NCBI GenBank assembly: GCA_965637545.1
Contig: OZ281496.1
Location: 8,618,001-8,682,000, forward strand
Source: Phallusia mammillata
Taxonomy: Eukaryota
DNA length: 64,000 bases
Direction: 5' to 3'
Numbering within the stretch: the stretch's first letter is position 1; each line of letters starts with the position of its first letter. The position numbers were made by a program, and so were the translations under genes. The notes under the pieces are model-generated. The model saw only the letters and a program-made list of their open reading frames with translations, was not told the origin of the DNA and ran no database searches. Below are positions 37,181 through 49,075 of this stretch, piece after piece.

Positions 37181-38606
37181 CCTGTATAGTGTTCCTAACC
37201 AAAACAAAACTTCTCACAAACAACTGTTTGCAATTTCAGCACATGCTGTAGTTCTAATCCAAATAACCAATAAACCAAAATCGAATAATATGGGGTTAAT
37301 GGGTGAGTCAAACTAAAAGATACAACATGCTTTACAATGCACCAACCAATAAAGTACAAAAAATCATGGATCGTGTAGTTTAGTTAGTATAACCATTCAA
37401 GATTATTCATTTTGGTGATCGTATATTCACAGCACAAAGAAAGAAAAAAGATAGACGAAACCAACATGCTGCGCCTCCAGCTGGCACACAAAGAGCTGGT
37501 TCAAAAACTCAAAATGACATGATTTTGACAAAACATTTTATGGCCACAAAGCTATGAAAAGTGATTTTGTCTTGTGTTTGGTGACGATTGTTGATTGATT
37601 TATAAGGAGATGAAAAGTCATTTGATAAATTTTCAAACTATTATTAGTTTCAAATATTAAATAAGTATTACCTGTTTACAATGACAAAAGCAATTGCTTA
37701 ACTGTATCATGAACAAAGAGTGTCACTATAAAACAGAGGTCAGCAAGGGAGTGTTAAAAGTAATCATAAAGCTTTATGCAACTGCAAAATTAGTGTTGTA
37801 ATGTAACTTTTAAAACTACTAGGAGGTAAACAAAAAAATCTCCTTGTATAAGGTTTAAATTTGCCAGTACACCTGTTGATGAAATACATTTCATGTTTCA
37901 CAACAGAAAAAAATCTGTCTGATTTGAAAATGAACATCCATGTTTATCTGCATCTGTGCACTAATCCCACGATTTGGTTGCATTACATTTCTGTTTTTCT
38001 GGATGGGTTGTTTTATGCTGATTATTTGAAAGATAAAAAAATAAAACCAGCATAATGAACTCAGAGTGGCTTTGTTCTGAAATATGAAACCAACTTGTCC
38101 AGACCACCACTTTTTATTTTAAGCAGTTGTACACAGGTTGTCAAATTTGTTGTTGAAAGTTGCATTAATACTAAAATTGTTTGTTAAGCACTAAGCATTG
38201 ATAGATTGTACAAAAGAATAAGAAACTACAAAAGAAAAATATGGAAATGAACTGAAAGAACTGTCACAATAGTAATTATCTGATTACTGGTAGAAATTTC
38301 AGGAATAAAACTGGTCAAAATGTTAGCTTTAATTGCATATAAATGTCACAAAAAATGCTATAAAGGTGATAAAATAAGGTTGATTTGAATGAATTGGCTT
38401 GCCAATTGTTTTAACTAAAGCAGATATATTTGGGTTTTTTATGATTTACCACGAATTTTCCATCACAGTTTGTGTTGCAATAGAATGATGGTGGTCTGTT
38501 CAAGCTTCAATTGTTAATTTTTGATAAAACTTTTCCACATTTCTGTCCCTTCATGCTTTTTTCCCAACGGAAGTTTCAAACTGCAAACCCGTTCAAAAGA
38601 TGTTTT

Positions 38607-39338
38607 TCAAACTTTGCATTGAATCTTTTTCTTGCCAAAGTGAACTTTTCGGTGTCTTGTCAATGTTGCCAATAGTGCAAACTTTTTCTCACATATTTCA
38701 CACTGGTGAGCCTTTATTCCTGAGTGTGTCAAACTGTGTCGTTTCAAACCTTGCAAGTGATGAAATCCTTTTCCACAAGAGGGACACTTAAATGTTTTTT
38801 CTTCTTTATGGGTCAACATGTGTTTATTGAGACCATTTCTCCATACAAACTCTTTTTCACAAAACTTACACTTGTGTGGTTTCACTTCACTATGAGTAAG
38901 CATGTGTTTTTTTATAGTTCTTGGGTAACTGAAAGCTTTCTGACATATTGTACACTTGTGAATTTTAAGACCCAAATGTACATTAAGATGTATGTCCAAC
39001 TTTCTTCTCTCTGTAAAAGATTTTTCACACATTTCACACTTATGTGGTCGTTGCTGAGTGTGAGTGGACATGTGTCTTGAAAGGTGTGAAGATTGGGTGT
39101 AACTTTTATCGCAGAGTTTGCACTTGTATGGTCGTTCCCCTGAATGGCATCTCATATGTTGCTTCACATGTGCTAAAAATTGAAACTTCTTTTTGCAGAT
39201 GTCGCAACTGTATGGTTTAATGCCCGTGTGCGATACCTTGTGTGATTTTAATTGAGAAGCTGAGAAAAAACCTTTTTCGCAAATTTCACAATTGTGTGTT
39301 CTGTTTCTTGCGGAATGCGTTTTTACACAATTGTCCAT
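38607..39338 (-). CDS. C2H2 zinc-finger protein ZF3, 243 aa, 8 complete fingers
   Basis: Open tandem fingers. Fingers 1-2 of the paralogs are deleted in frame, and the last finger is cut by TGA where ZF1 has Cys (CKV*). May be functional or a recent pseudogene. Confidence 0.8.
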   Translation of the reverse strand: MDNCVKTHSARNRTHNCEICEKGFFSASQLKSHKVSHTGIKPYSCDICKKKFQFLAHVKQHMRCHSGERPYKCKLCDKSYTQSSHLSRHMSTHTQQRPHKCEMCEKSFTERRKLDIHLNVHLGLKIHKCTICQKAFSYPRTIKKHMLTHSEVKPHKCKFCEKEFVWRNGLNKHMLTHKEEKTFKCPSCGKGFHHLQGLKRHSLTHSGIKAHQCEICEKKFALLATLTRHRKVHFGKKKIQCKV

Positions 39339-40478
39339 TTTATCTTAATCAATAATGTTGTTGTTTACTGCTTACTTTTTTACCTTGCAACAAGCTGTAC
39401 AGCAAAATACAATTATATTTTCCAGCTATCGATCAACTGATACTACAAACTGTAACAGTCTATGCAAGACTTGCAAGTTTTCACATCACAAAACTGACAA
39501 ACGAAAATTTTTGAATTATTTCAGTCAAAATCAACACAGGATTTTATTGGTTTAGAATAGGAGGTAAGAAAACTATAAACAAAACCAAACATTTTGGATC
39601 AATTCAACAAGCTGTGAATAAAGTGGGCGGCTATAACTGCTCTAACATTTCTACGGACTTTTTGTGGACAACCTTGATTATCTTACGTACAAAACAAATA
39701 ACGTTGAATAAGTTAGCACCTTCACAACCCGCCGAATATGTTCCAAACCTAAACTTGAATGGGGTGGCTTCAATATTCATCCACCAATCACAGCCGATTT
39801 TCTGTAGTATGTTGCAATTAGTAACATAGCCTCGATTTTTGTACAGTTGTAGCTATGGCCAAATATTAACTGAATGCTATCCGACCTACTAAGTATCTCT
39901 GCTTGTATATACAAACTTGACTCGTTATGTAACATAGACTCTAAACCACAAGATAAAATAAACATTTCATTTATACCTTAATTCAAGATAAACAATACAG
40001 CAACGAACAACCTATTTGAGGGATTGCAGTTTCAAAACCTCATCTGTTGTAGTGATAGATGCAGTGACTCTAAGTAACCTCTTTTTGCTTTGAATGTGTG
40101 TAAACAAATCTGGATCTTGTAGCCATTAGGTCAAAGGAAGAAGGCACAATCAGCAACTGTGGCGCTGTCAAAGATAAGAATACATTCGCTACTAGACACT
40201 AGTTTGTACACCTTCTCTCAAGTCTCAAAGCTACTAGTTTGTAAACCTTTAGTTACGAGTTTGAGGACCTTAACTCAAACATGTCATTCAATCGCCAATG
40301 TACATAAACTAACTGATCGATTATCTCCTTCCCATGGCTTGGTCTATGAAAGATAAAACGAGTTGCAGTTTATATGCAATGTTGATGTTAAAGAGAGAAA
40401 TTAGAGCGACCTGACTAAACAAAATCTCTCTGACAAAACAGTACAGTAAATGCGCGTGTAATATTTTTGAGTTATACA

Positions 40479-42211
40479 GACGAATCCGGTTAATCGCATC
40501 ATCGATTTGCCAAGGGTATTTGATGCGATTAACCGGATTATGCGATAATCCGGTTGCTATGTAAACAGTACACGCCGTTAACAAAAGTGCTCATTTTCAA
40601 TTCCCCAGCTGAAACAAAGTTGCAGTGACGCTCAACTATGGCAACGGAGCAGTATTTTCTCTCTTTTGTTGCCGAGAATTGAAAAAGTACTCTTTGAAAA
40701 AATTGAAAAAAAAGTCAAAACTAGACTTATTACTCTAAGCGCAATGCATGACGTCATGCTTCCTAACTGTCGTGGCTATGGTGCAATCGCCCAAGTGTGT
40801 TAAAGAAACAGTAGAAACGCGCACACACACTCTTAACTGGCGCACACGGCACAGTTCGCTTGATTTGTGCTTTCTCTTGCAGTCAGGTATATTTGAAAAG
40901 ATATGTTACATCGCATCGTAGCTAAGGGGCCCAACATTTAAATTTGGGAACTTCCCTATAAAAACGGTTTATGTCATAAACTTTATGATGTTTTAGTCTT
41001 GTTTTGGGTAGTTTCCCTTATAAAGCTGCCAGGTCTCTCGCCTAATATACACGTAAAATGGCCTGTTGTTTCTAACCTATTTCATTTTCTAGTTCAAACC
41101 AACGCGTTAAGCGGCAAAGTGCTAGGTGCATATTTGCAAGCCCAAACCCGAAAGTACACGACCGAAACCTAGTCAAACTTACAATTTTGGCACATTCTAC
41201 AGCGCAAGAGCACTAAGGCGAGCAGTATCAGTTTCTATTATAACCCGTTATCCAATTGACAAAAAGAATAATTGATTTTAGCAAAACTTTAACGACTCAG
41301 ATTGTGGCGCTACTTCCTAGATTACTCAGCAAAACTGCAGCTGCAAGACTAGCGTGACTGTCACGTGATCAACGTGTGATCGTTGCTTCAAAAATTTAAA
41401 GCAGCAACAAATACTAGAGGAATAGATGCCTTTCTTAATCGGTGTTCTACCTGATAAGTTGCGCAAGGTCACGAATAGAAGACATAAAATATGGCAATCA
41501 TTAGCACCTTATCAATTACGTGAATCTAAACGACATAGTGTGATTACTTGCGATCTAACATTTTTACAACCATTACGTGTTTGGCGGGTAATGAACAATA
41601 TAACAGAAAACATTTTTAAACATTTGTTTTACATTTAACATTGTTTAAATTTCAATACAGTTTAACACTTCGAATTCGGTGCAGTTCGCACTTAGTAAGA
41701 AATTACAATCAGCGTCTTTGCCGGAACACCAGTTTCGTAACTTTAACACATTGAACTCTTTATTTAACCGCTTGGCATATCACTATTGGCGATTAGATAA
41801 GCCAATAAAAAAGGATCAATGTGCAATGAACTGTAAACTGAACGCCGATTTAATCTCCTAATAACTTTTCCAAAATATTTTATGGTCGGGACGTGCCTTT
41901 TTTTTAAATTAGATGCGTTATTTGGTGTAGAATGCAAACATGCATCTACGTTTTTTTCGCGTACATCACCTCCGGATGATTTTACTATCATATCGTCGTT
42001 TTCTATTCCAAAAACTCCGTCTGTTCGACTTTCACATAGAGATCATCAATCCGGTTAATCGCATATTTCGTTGAAAATCGATGCGAATATCCGGTTTATG
42101 CGATAAACCGTATGCGATTAACCGGACGATTTTCTTGACAAACGATGGGCGACGGTTTGGGATTTTTAATTGTGATGCAATTAAACGGATTATGCGATTA
42201 ATTAACCGGTT
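40479..42211. mobile_element. ~1.7-kb insertion with palindromic AATCCGGTTAATCGCAT subterminal repeats
   Basis: Repeat clusters at 40483-40555 and 42048-42210. The flanks are adjacent in the paralogous regions at ~31.75 kb and ~62.6 kb. Confidence 0.55.
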
Positions 42212-42569
42212 CCTAAACAAAACACCACACACGAAAGACTTACTTTTCTGCAAAAAATTGTCACCATGCGCCATAGTACAATGTACATATTGCTACATAG
42301 TTTTGTGGTTCTACATTCTACAATAAAGGCTATTCGTACCCGTTTATTGAACTGATCCTCCGATTTAGTACAAATGCATTGTAATAAAGAGTCGCAAATG
42401 GAAGTTTCAGTCAATTTCAAAGCTGCAGTATGCTTACCAAACTATCTAATGTGACCATTTAACTTACGTGTTACCGTATCATACGCTTGTGCTTACAGCA
42501 CTGTAACACTTCACTTTGAGAACCAGTAGTTTGCACATTTGCACGAAAGTAATTTTGTATTTTACCTTA

Positions 42570-42900
42570 CAGATTGCGGTAATCAAAGAAACAAGCCTCG
42601 ATTTTGCAACAGACAACACACAACCGAACAGCAATGGAAACAATACTAGTAAAATGAAGCTAGGAATATTAATGTAGACATAATGAAAACCAAGAAATTA
42701 AAAAAGTGAGAATCATCCCAAATAAATTTCAACAATTCACAACACAGTGGAGAAAAAGATTCTCAGTGCAAGGTTTAAATTTTTTTCTTAAAATTCCTTT
42801 TCTCCAAATTTTTGAAACACACTTTTCGTAATATTAGGACAAAAGTAGACCAGATATGTGTGAAATTTGTGAAACTAAAGATTCGACCAATGATTTTAAA
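42570..42900 (+). pseudogene. Highly decayed C2H2-ZF copy ZF4
   Basis: Family acceptor ttttaccttacag (42571-42572); remnant cacagtggagaaaaa...cagtgcaaggtt (HSGEK..QCKV) and tgtgaaatttgtgaa. Confidence 0.45.
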
Positions 42901-44097
42901 AGTAATGATGAGAAACTGCACCAAAAAATCCATTGTTACGTCATTCTCCTGTAGAAATGGTTTCGGACACGGTCACGCTTCGATGCATGACAAGAAAGGT
43001 CGTCTGCTTGTATTCACTCTGTCAGATTTACAAGTGGAAAATACGAATTTGGAGCTGTGAGCATGTTTTAGCTTGTTTGGTTCTGTTTATATGTGTGACA
43101 TAATTCTTGTCACGTACTTAATTGACGTAAAATAGCGTCTTATTCATTGTTGCGCACAGGTTTTAAAGACGAAACGTACAGTATAAATACATATGCTTCT
43201 TTAATATAATGTAAATTAGCCTCAAATTAATGATGTATTAATTGTTGACAAATTAGTCGTAAAGAGTTCTTTATATCTGATTAGCCTGATTTGTTATTGA
43301 GTGACCTATATAGAATTAAGAAAGAGGCAGTGAAATGCCGGATATGAATCAGTATGCCCAGTATGAAAACATCATTGTTACCAAAAATAATATTGAGGTT
43401 GTAATGTAAAACACAAAATTAATTTGAAAAGTGGCCCAGTGTCTCGTGATAGACTCCCAAAACTTTTGAAAATAACTAAATTTTAAGCGTTGTGTCTTTT
43501 TTTGTGATTTGTTTTCCTTACTGTGTAAATTTTAAACCACTCTCTTCTATTTTTAATACGTGTTTTATATGTGCACATTCTTATTTGCTATCAATATGCA
43601 CGAGTGGTGATTTCTCAGAAGCTATAAATCACATTTGTTTGTGTTTTACTTGTTTGGTTTAAAGTATATTAAAACCTGGATCAATCATTGAGTTTTGGTG
43701 AAATTAAAATCAGTCCCAGAAATAACTGCAAATTGCTACCTAATGACAATTTACAAGTTTACAGTTCAACATCATATTCTTGATAAACATTGTAGTTTTA
43801 ACGGAAACAACATTATAAACACAAAGCAAGAAATATAAAAATCTGCTTGAAAAAAGAACTTCTTGTTGCAACTGTTATGGTTTATTCTTCAAAATTCTAT
43901 TCAAATTTTAATTTCAACTTTGCATTAAGACTTTTGGCCTTTTGGTAACACTGTATTTTTAAATAGAAGTTACAAATGTTTATGACAATATCTTCAAAGC
44001 ACATATCTGAAAGTAACATACAAAAAATATCATAGACATAAGAAAAGTCGACATTGGAAAACACGTTTTCATGTACATTATCAGAACTACAGAACTT

Positions 44098-44852
44098 CCT
44101 AATACGAATTGAGTAAACCCATTGTTTTCAGTTTGCTCGTTTACATGCAGTTTGGACAAGCTTAATTAAAGCCAAACATTTTGAAACAGTTAAGCATGTT
44201 TCGAAGCAACTAGCTTATTATGCGGAGTTGTTTTAAGTCTGTTTATTTTGCTTTCTGAAAGAGCCTATAGCGACACAATGACATTGAAACGCGAATGGCA
44301 CAATAGGTGGATATGGCTACAAAACGCGCTGCTGCTAAGTCTACACTGTATTGTGAAGATTAAGGTAGCGGCAGCTCATAAGATAGTGAACTTTACACAC
44401 TGTTAGTATTACAAGATTGGGAATAATTCAATTTCTTGTTTGTCAAAGTTAGTTTACAACTAAAAAAGAGGTACATTTAAAAGGATTTGGTTAGTATTTA
44501 TAGTTCAATTTTTTCCTCTGTGTATAGCTTGTTAAAGCGACCACGTCATCAGGTTTCGTTTTGAATTTAAAAGCCGTGGTTTTGTTTTGTGTTTTACCTT
44601 ACAGTTCGTTGTTAACTTAAAAACAATTCTGAAGACTTAAAGTGGTCAAAACCGACATATCGTGAAGAAAAGAGACAGCATACACAAGTAAAACGAGAAA
44701 AGTTGATAATTTAATATTGACAAACATAAGATGGAAAATTGTGTAAAAACTGCAACCAAAACAATTGAGTCTAAAACAACACGCTGCTACGCACAGTGGA
44801 GAAAAACGCTATCAATGCGAGGTTTTCACTAAAACGCTTTTGAAAGCACACA
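44098..44852 (+). pseudogene. Near-identical duplicate of the ZF2 upstream region plus truncated ZF5
   Basis: Direct repeat of ~15565-16370, including atggaaaattgtgtaaaaactgcaacc, with internal deletions; ends at the pogo-like element. Confidence 0.8.
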
Positions 44853-44854
44853 TA

Positions 44855-47191
44855 CTCTTTGCCCCACAGTCGGGGCAATCAGGGACAGTGTCCCTAATTG
44901 CCCCACCTTTCCCATTTTACTTGTATTGAAGCTTTAGATTTCTATTTTTGTTCAACACGCTTCTTAAGCTTAAACTGGTGGCATTTAACTAATTACAAGA
45001 CAACATGTCTACTTGCCTAGAAATCAGTCTTTTTGATGCAATGCATCGAAATCTGAGATTTATATTAAACAGCTGGCACAAAACAAGGTCTCTAAACATA
45101 TCAAAACATTTTCTCACTACAGAAATAACATTGGAATGAAGTTTTAATTAACAACTAAAAATCACAAAAAATATATACCGGTACCGGTAAAACAGAACAG
45201 TGACAATTTTAAGACCGGTAGAACATAACTTCTAACTTTTCAAGGAGCATTTTAACAAAAATAACACACAAATTTTCCTTTGCCACTGTAACTAGAACAT
45301 TTATCACGGCACCAGCATTTGCACACACTACATTCAATCCAGTCCTCAGTCAGTGGTTCATGGTACAATTCAAGGCAAAAAATGCACCCATAAACTTTCT
45401 TCGCATACAGTTTCTTTTAGCTGGTCTTTGTTGGATTCTTGCAATTTGGATTTTGTTTTTTTGGTTTTGGTTTGCTTCCAGCTGCCACTAAACTGTTCTT
45501 AAATAGTGATGATGTTAAAATTTCTGATCTTTTGGATTTTCTTTACCGACAGGAGAGTTTAGCATGAGGCAATGGCGATATGTCTTGCACAGAAACTTTT
45601 CGTGGCGTTGCCAATCATTGCATCGAAGAACTGCAGCAAGGCTGATTATCAACCGCCTGTTGCAAAACGTCGGCTGTGGCTGTTTCAAAAAGGTCACCAG
45701 AAGTGGATGCTTCTGCATTTGCGTTAGCCACAACAGGGTCACTAGTTGAAGTACTGACTGGGTTTAGTGCAGCACTTTCTATCACAACTGGTAACATATC
45801 ATTGCTTATTTCTGCAGACACTTGGACTTTACAAGCTGGTTGCTTCAGGCTGGCGGAGACTTATGTTTGGATTTCTCATCATAAAATTTCCCAGCCAGTC
45901 TTTTCCAGCTTTCTTTTTACTGTCATTAAAAGGCACTGTGATGTTGTTTGCATTGGCAAGCTCATAAGCAAGTTTACAGAATGTGTCACTACACAAGCCA
46001 AAAAACATCTTTTGCATTTGCAATACATGTTCTACAAGCTCTTTTTCCAAATTTAATGGTAAAGCAGGCACAAACGACCCCAGCTTAATTTGGCCTGGTC
46101 TTGAAACGTTTTCTTTAAAATGTCTTTCAAGAGTGCTTTTGGAAATTTTGTATGTTTCAGCAGCTTTTCTAAAAGATAATTTTTTGGAACGGATGTCATC
46201 CAAAGTTTGCTCTAAGTCTTGCTTCGAGTACTGAGCAATTGCAGTTTTACGTTTATAATTTCTAACCATGATAGTGTAACTTTGACAAATTGCAATATAA
46301 AGATGATATTTAGTTTTAAATTGGCCTGGAAAACAAACAGTTTTGAAGAACTGCTTAGCAAAATTCATTGCATATTTAATTAATAAACACATATTTAGTA
46401 CTAGTCCCAAGATTTTGGGGTTCAAGATTTGAATGCCCAAGACTGGGATTTTTGGTGCCCATGATTTTGGGGGTTCGGAATTTTTTCATGCTACAAAAAT
46501 ACAAGCAGACATGTTAATACGGTAGGCAATTCCGCCATGTTATTACTGACAGTAGGCTACAAGTCAATTTTATGATTACAACAAATTTTAAAATAGCTTA
46601 GTAGGCTATGCATTTACCGAGCTATCCTTACTCAGCTGTATGTACTCTAACCTTATAGGAATACCAGTATGGTACTGAGTAACCTATGCCTATGATCAAA
46701 CTAGTTAAGCTCAGGCTCGGCTGATGGCCAATAGTTTCAAGTGAAAGCAAGAAATGCACTGCTGGGGCAAAGCGGGACAATGTCCGACATGTCCCGCTTT
46801 GCCCCCATTGCTCTGTCCCGATTTGCCCCCAACGTACAGCCTCCGAAATTACCGTATTTGAAAAACTAAACAAGAGTTTAGGAAAACATTTTTTTCAATG
46901 TTTGATCACCATGTTCTAGTGTATCTGATGGAACATAGCCAAGTTCAACTTTTATGCAGGTGAAGGCTAACTTAGATGATTTCTGAAACCTTTTCTTATA
47001 GTGAATTAAGCTAAAGGAATATTTCTTTCATAACTGAACGAATGTAAACCAGTTCTTCAAACTTTTCCATCAACTGCTGGACAAGATGGCCGACTTTGCA
47101 TAAAAACGGATAGGGGGCGCTAACGACAATATCCGCGAAAATAATCAGCTGTCCCTCTTTGCCCCGTGTCCCGCTTAGCCCCACTTTCCCC
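44855..47191 (-). mobile_element. pogo/Tigger-like DNA transposon, DDE domain deleted
   Basis: MVRNYKRKT...HTH (psq) + CENP-B-type HTH...LRQPEATSL (46269-45829); C-terminal DISPLP, SEILTSS and PHD-like CIFC..YHEPLTEDWIECSVCKCWCRDKC (~45290-45400). Right terminus ccccactttcccc followed by TA; left end degraded. Confidence 0.82.
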
Positions 47192-47570
47192 TACAAAAAA
47201 GTAATCACAAAACTAAACTGGGGTCTTATGGTGGAGCTACTAACAACATGCATCTTGACAGACCCAAGTTGAGCTAAATTTCGATAGGTGGCACAAAAAG
47301 CTAAATTGTTAATTTAGCATTTAATGAAAGGTAGGGTTTAGAAGTTTTTTGAAAAAAATTAACTTTTAAATCGGTGCTTGGGCTCTTTGCGCCACCTAGG
47401 AAAATTTAGTTAAAAGCGCTGCTGACGTGAGTTATGGCGACAGGAGATTGTCCATTTCAAAAAAGTGCGATGTCGTGCTGCTCTGATAACTACCTGTGCT
47501 CTTTGCGTCACCCATCGGCAATATGGTCCTATGTTTAGTCGGTCTGGCATATTTTTTGAGTGGGAATGCT
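47192..47570. repeat. Second copy of the 7330-7820 element (no SINE)
   Basis: Collinear homology including taggtggcacaaaaagc, gtagggtttag and gggctctttgcgccaccta. Confidence 0.7.
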
Positions 47571-47775
47571 TACCGACAGACTTGATTCGGTACGGAGCCT
47601 TCAAAACGACACCTTCAGCACAAAAAATGATTTTTGACTTTTAGCAGCGATTTTAGATTTCAATCCAAATGCAGTCAGATGCTTTAGGTAGATTTTAATA
47701 CAACGCAACTTTAATCTGCACTGATTTTTAAACGTATAAGTTTCAAGTAAAATTTGTTCCAACATCCCCTTAAAT

Positions 47776-48122
47776 CAGTGGTTCCCAACCTTTCGTGGAC
47801 CATGGCCTCCTGAAAGTAACTTTTTGGCCTCGTGGTCCCCTTCAAGTTACCATGTAGGACCTGTGGCCCCCTTAAAATGTAGATAGGAATCTCGCGTTGG
47901 AATGCGGTATTAATTTTGGCCTTAAACAGGTCTAATAGAGTAAATGAGCATGATAAACCTCACTATAAACATATAGTATGTGAAATTGTCGATTAAATTC
48001 GGGAATAAATTTAAAGTGAAAATGACTTTTAGTGGGTGTTTCTTGTGAATCTATGCTTGTGACCCCCGGAACACAGCTCGTGGCCCCTTTGGGGGGCCAA
48101 GGGCCCTGGTTGGGAACCACTG
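47776..48122. mobile_element. hAT-type MITE
   Basis: TIR cagtggttcccaacc / ggttgggaaccactg; perfect TSD ccttaaat. Confidence 0.9.
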
Positions 48123-48375
48123 CCTTAAATCAAGATATAGTATATGTCAACAACACAACTGATGAACATTTGTCGACGCGAACTTCAACAATACCCGGTT
48201 GTTTGTGCAATTAATTTATTGTTACCAAGACTTCACACACAATGCGACAATAGATCGTTTTAAGCCAAAGACTATGCAACATAAAACTGTAATACTAAAC
48301 TAGGGTGCGTGAAATATGCGAGCCATTTGTTAATGCGGACCAATAATCGCATGATGAAAAATAAACAAATCATTG

Positions 48376-48591
48376 TTAGACATCAACCGTTTCACTTCTT
48401 GTAAAAAGTGACGAAGGATATTTCAATATTTCTTTACACGTTTTAAACGTTAAAACAAGAGCTACTAGGTTACAAGTAATTGCTACTGCAAACAGCTCTA
48501 CGTCCAAATACCTATTAACAATTATTGCTATAATATCGGTTGAAAAGCAAAGTAGGGTCATAAAGGCGGTCCTTTTTGTCATTTGTAACAC
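48376..48591 (-). pseudogene. 3' fragment of orphan 7TM gene (TM6-TM7)
   Basis: LQMTKRTAFMTLLCFSTDII...CNLVALVLTF..KEILKYP; the family 3' flank follows. Confidence 0.8.
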
Positions 48592-48661
48592 AGCAGAAGC
48601 AAGTGATACCCAACCCGGTGTTTCAAAGGATTTATATCAGAATCAGTGATTTGCTCTAATA

Positions 48662-49075
48662 CAGTGGTTCCCAACCTTTTTGTAGTCACGGACCCCTTTT
48701 ATAAATTTTATAGGTCCGCGGACCCCCAACGCAATTTAGTCCAGTTATGTTTTTTTGTTTCCTGCATTATGCGTTATTATACTTTCGCTTATCAGGGCAG
48801 AATTTCGATCAACCTTCACAGTCCCTCAATCTCAATAAAGTTCTGTACTGTAGCAGTCAATGCAACGAAGAGATACATTTTCTGGTATACAATACTTGAA
48901 ACAAAGCACAATAAGTTCTATTGTTAATGTGTGTTGTGATGTCCCAATGGAGGTAACAATTACTAGTTTTCCTGATCCAAGGGTTTGATAAACAGTTTGC
49001 ACTCAGATGCAGGATTGTAAAAACGGTTTGGGAACTTACAAATATTGTCCATGAACCCCAGGTTGGGAACCACTG
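48662..49075. mobile_element. hAT-type MITE
   Basis: TIR cagtggttcccaacc / ggttgggaaccactg; TSD ctctaata / ctctcata. Confidence 0.85.

Noticed and set aside
38724-39080. Antisense ORFs over ZF genes (also 5835-6071, 16312-16807) and over 7TM genes (11889-12143, 50746-50991)
   Set aside because: Shadows of the real coding strands.
32216-40270. Penelope-associated 8-kb inversion separating ZF3 from its promoter
   Set aside because: ZF3 has its own copy of the upstream block at 40270-40440, so 31700-32215 is just another paralogous copy.
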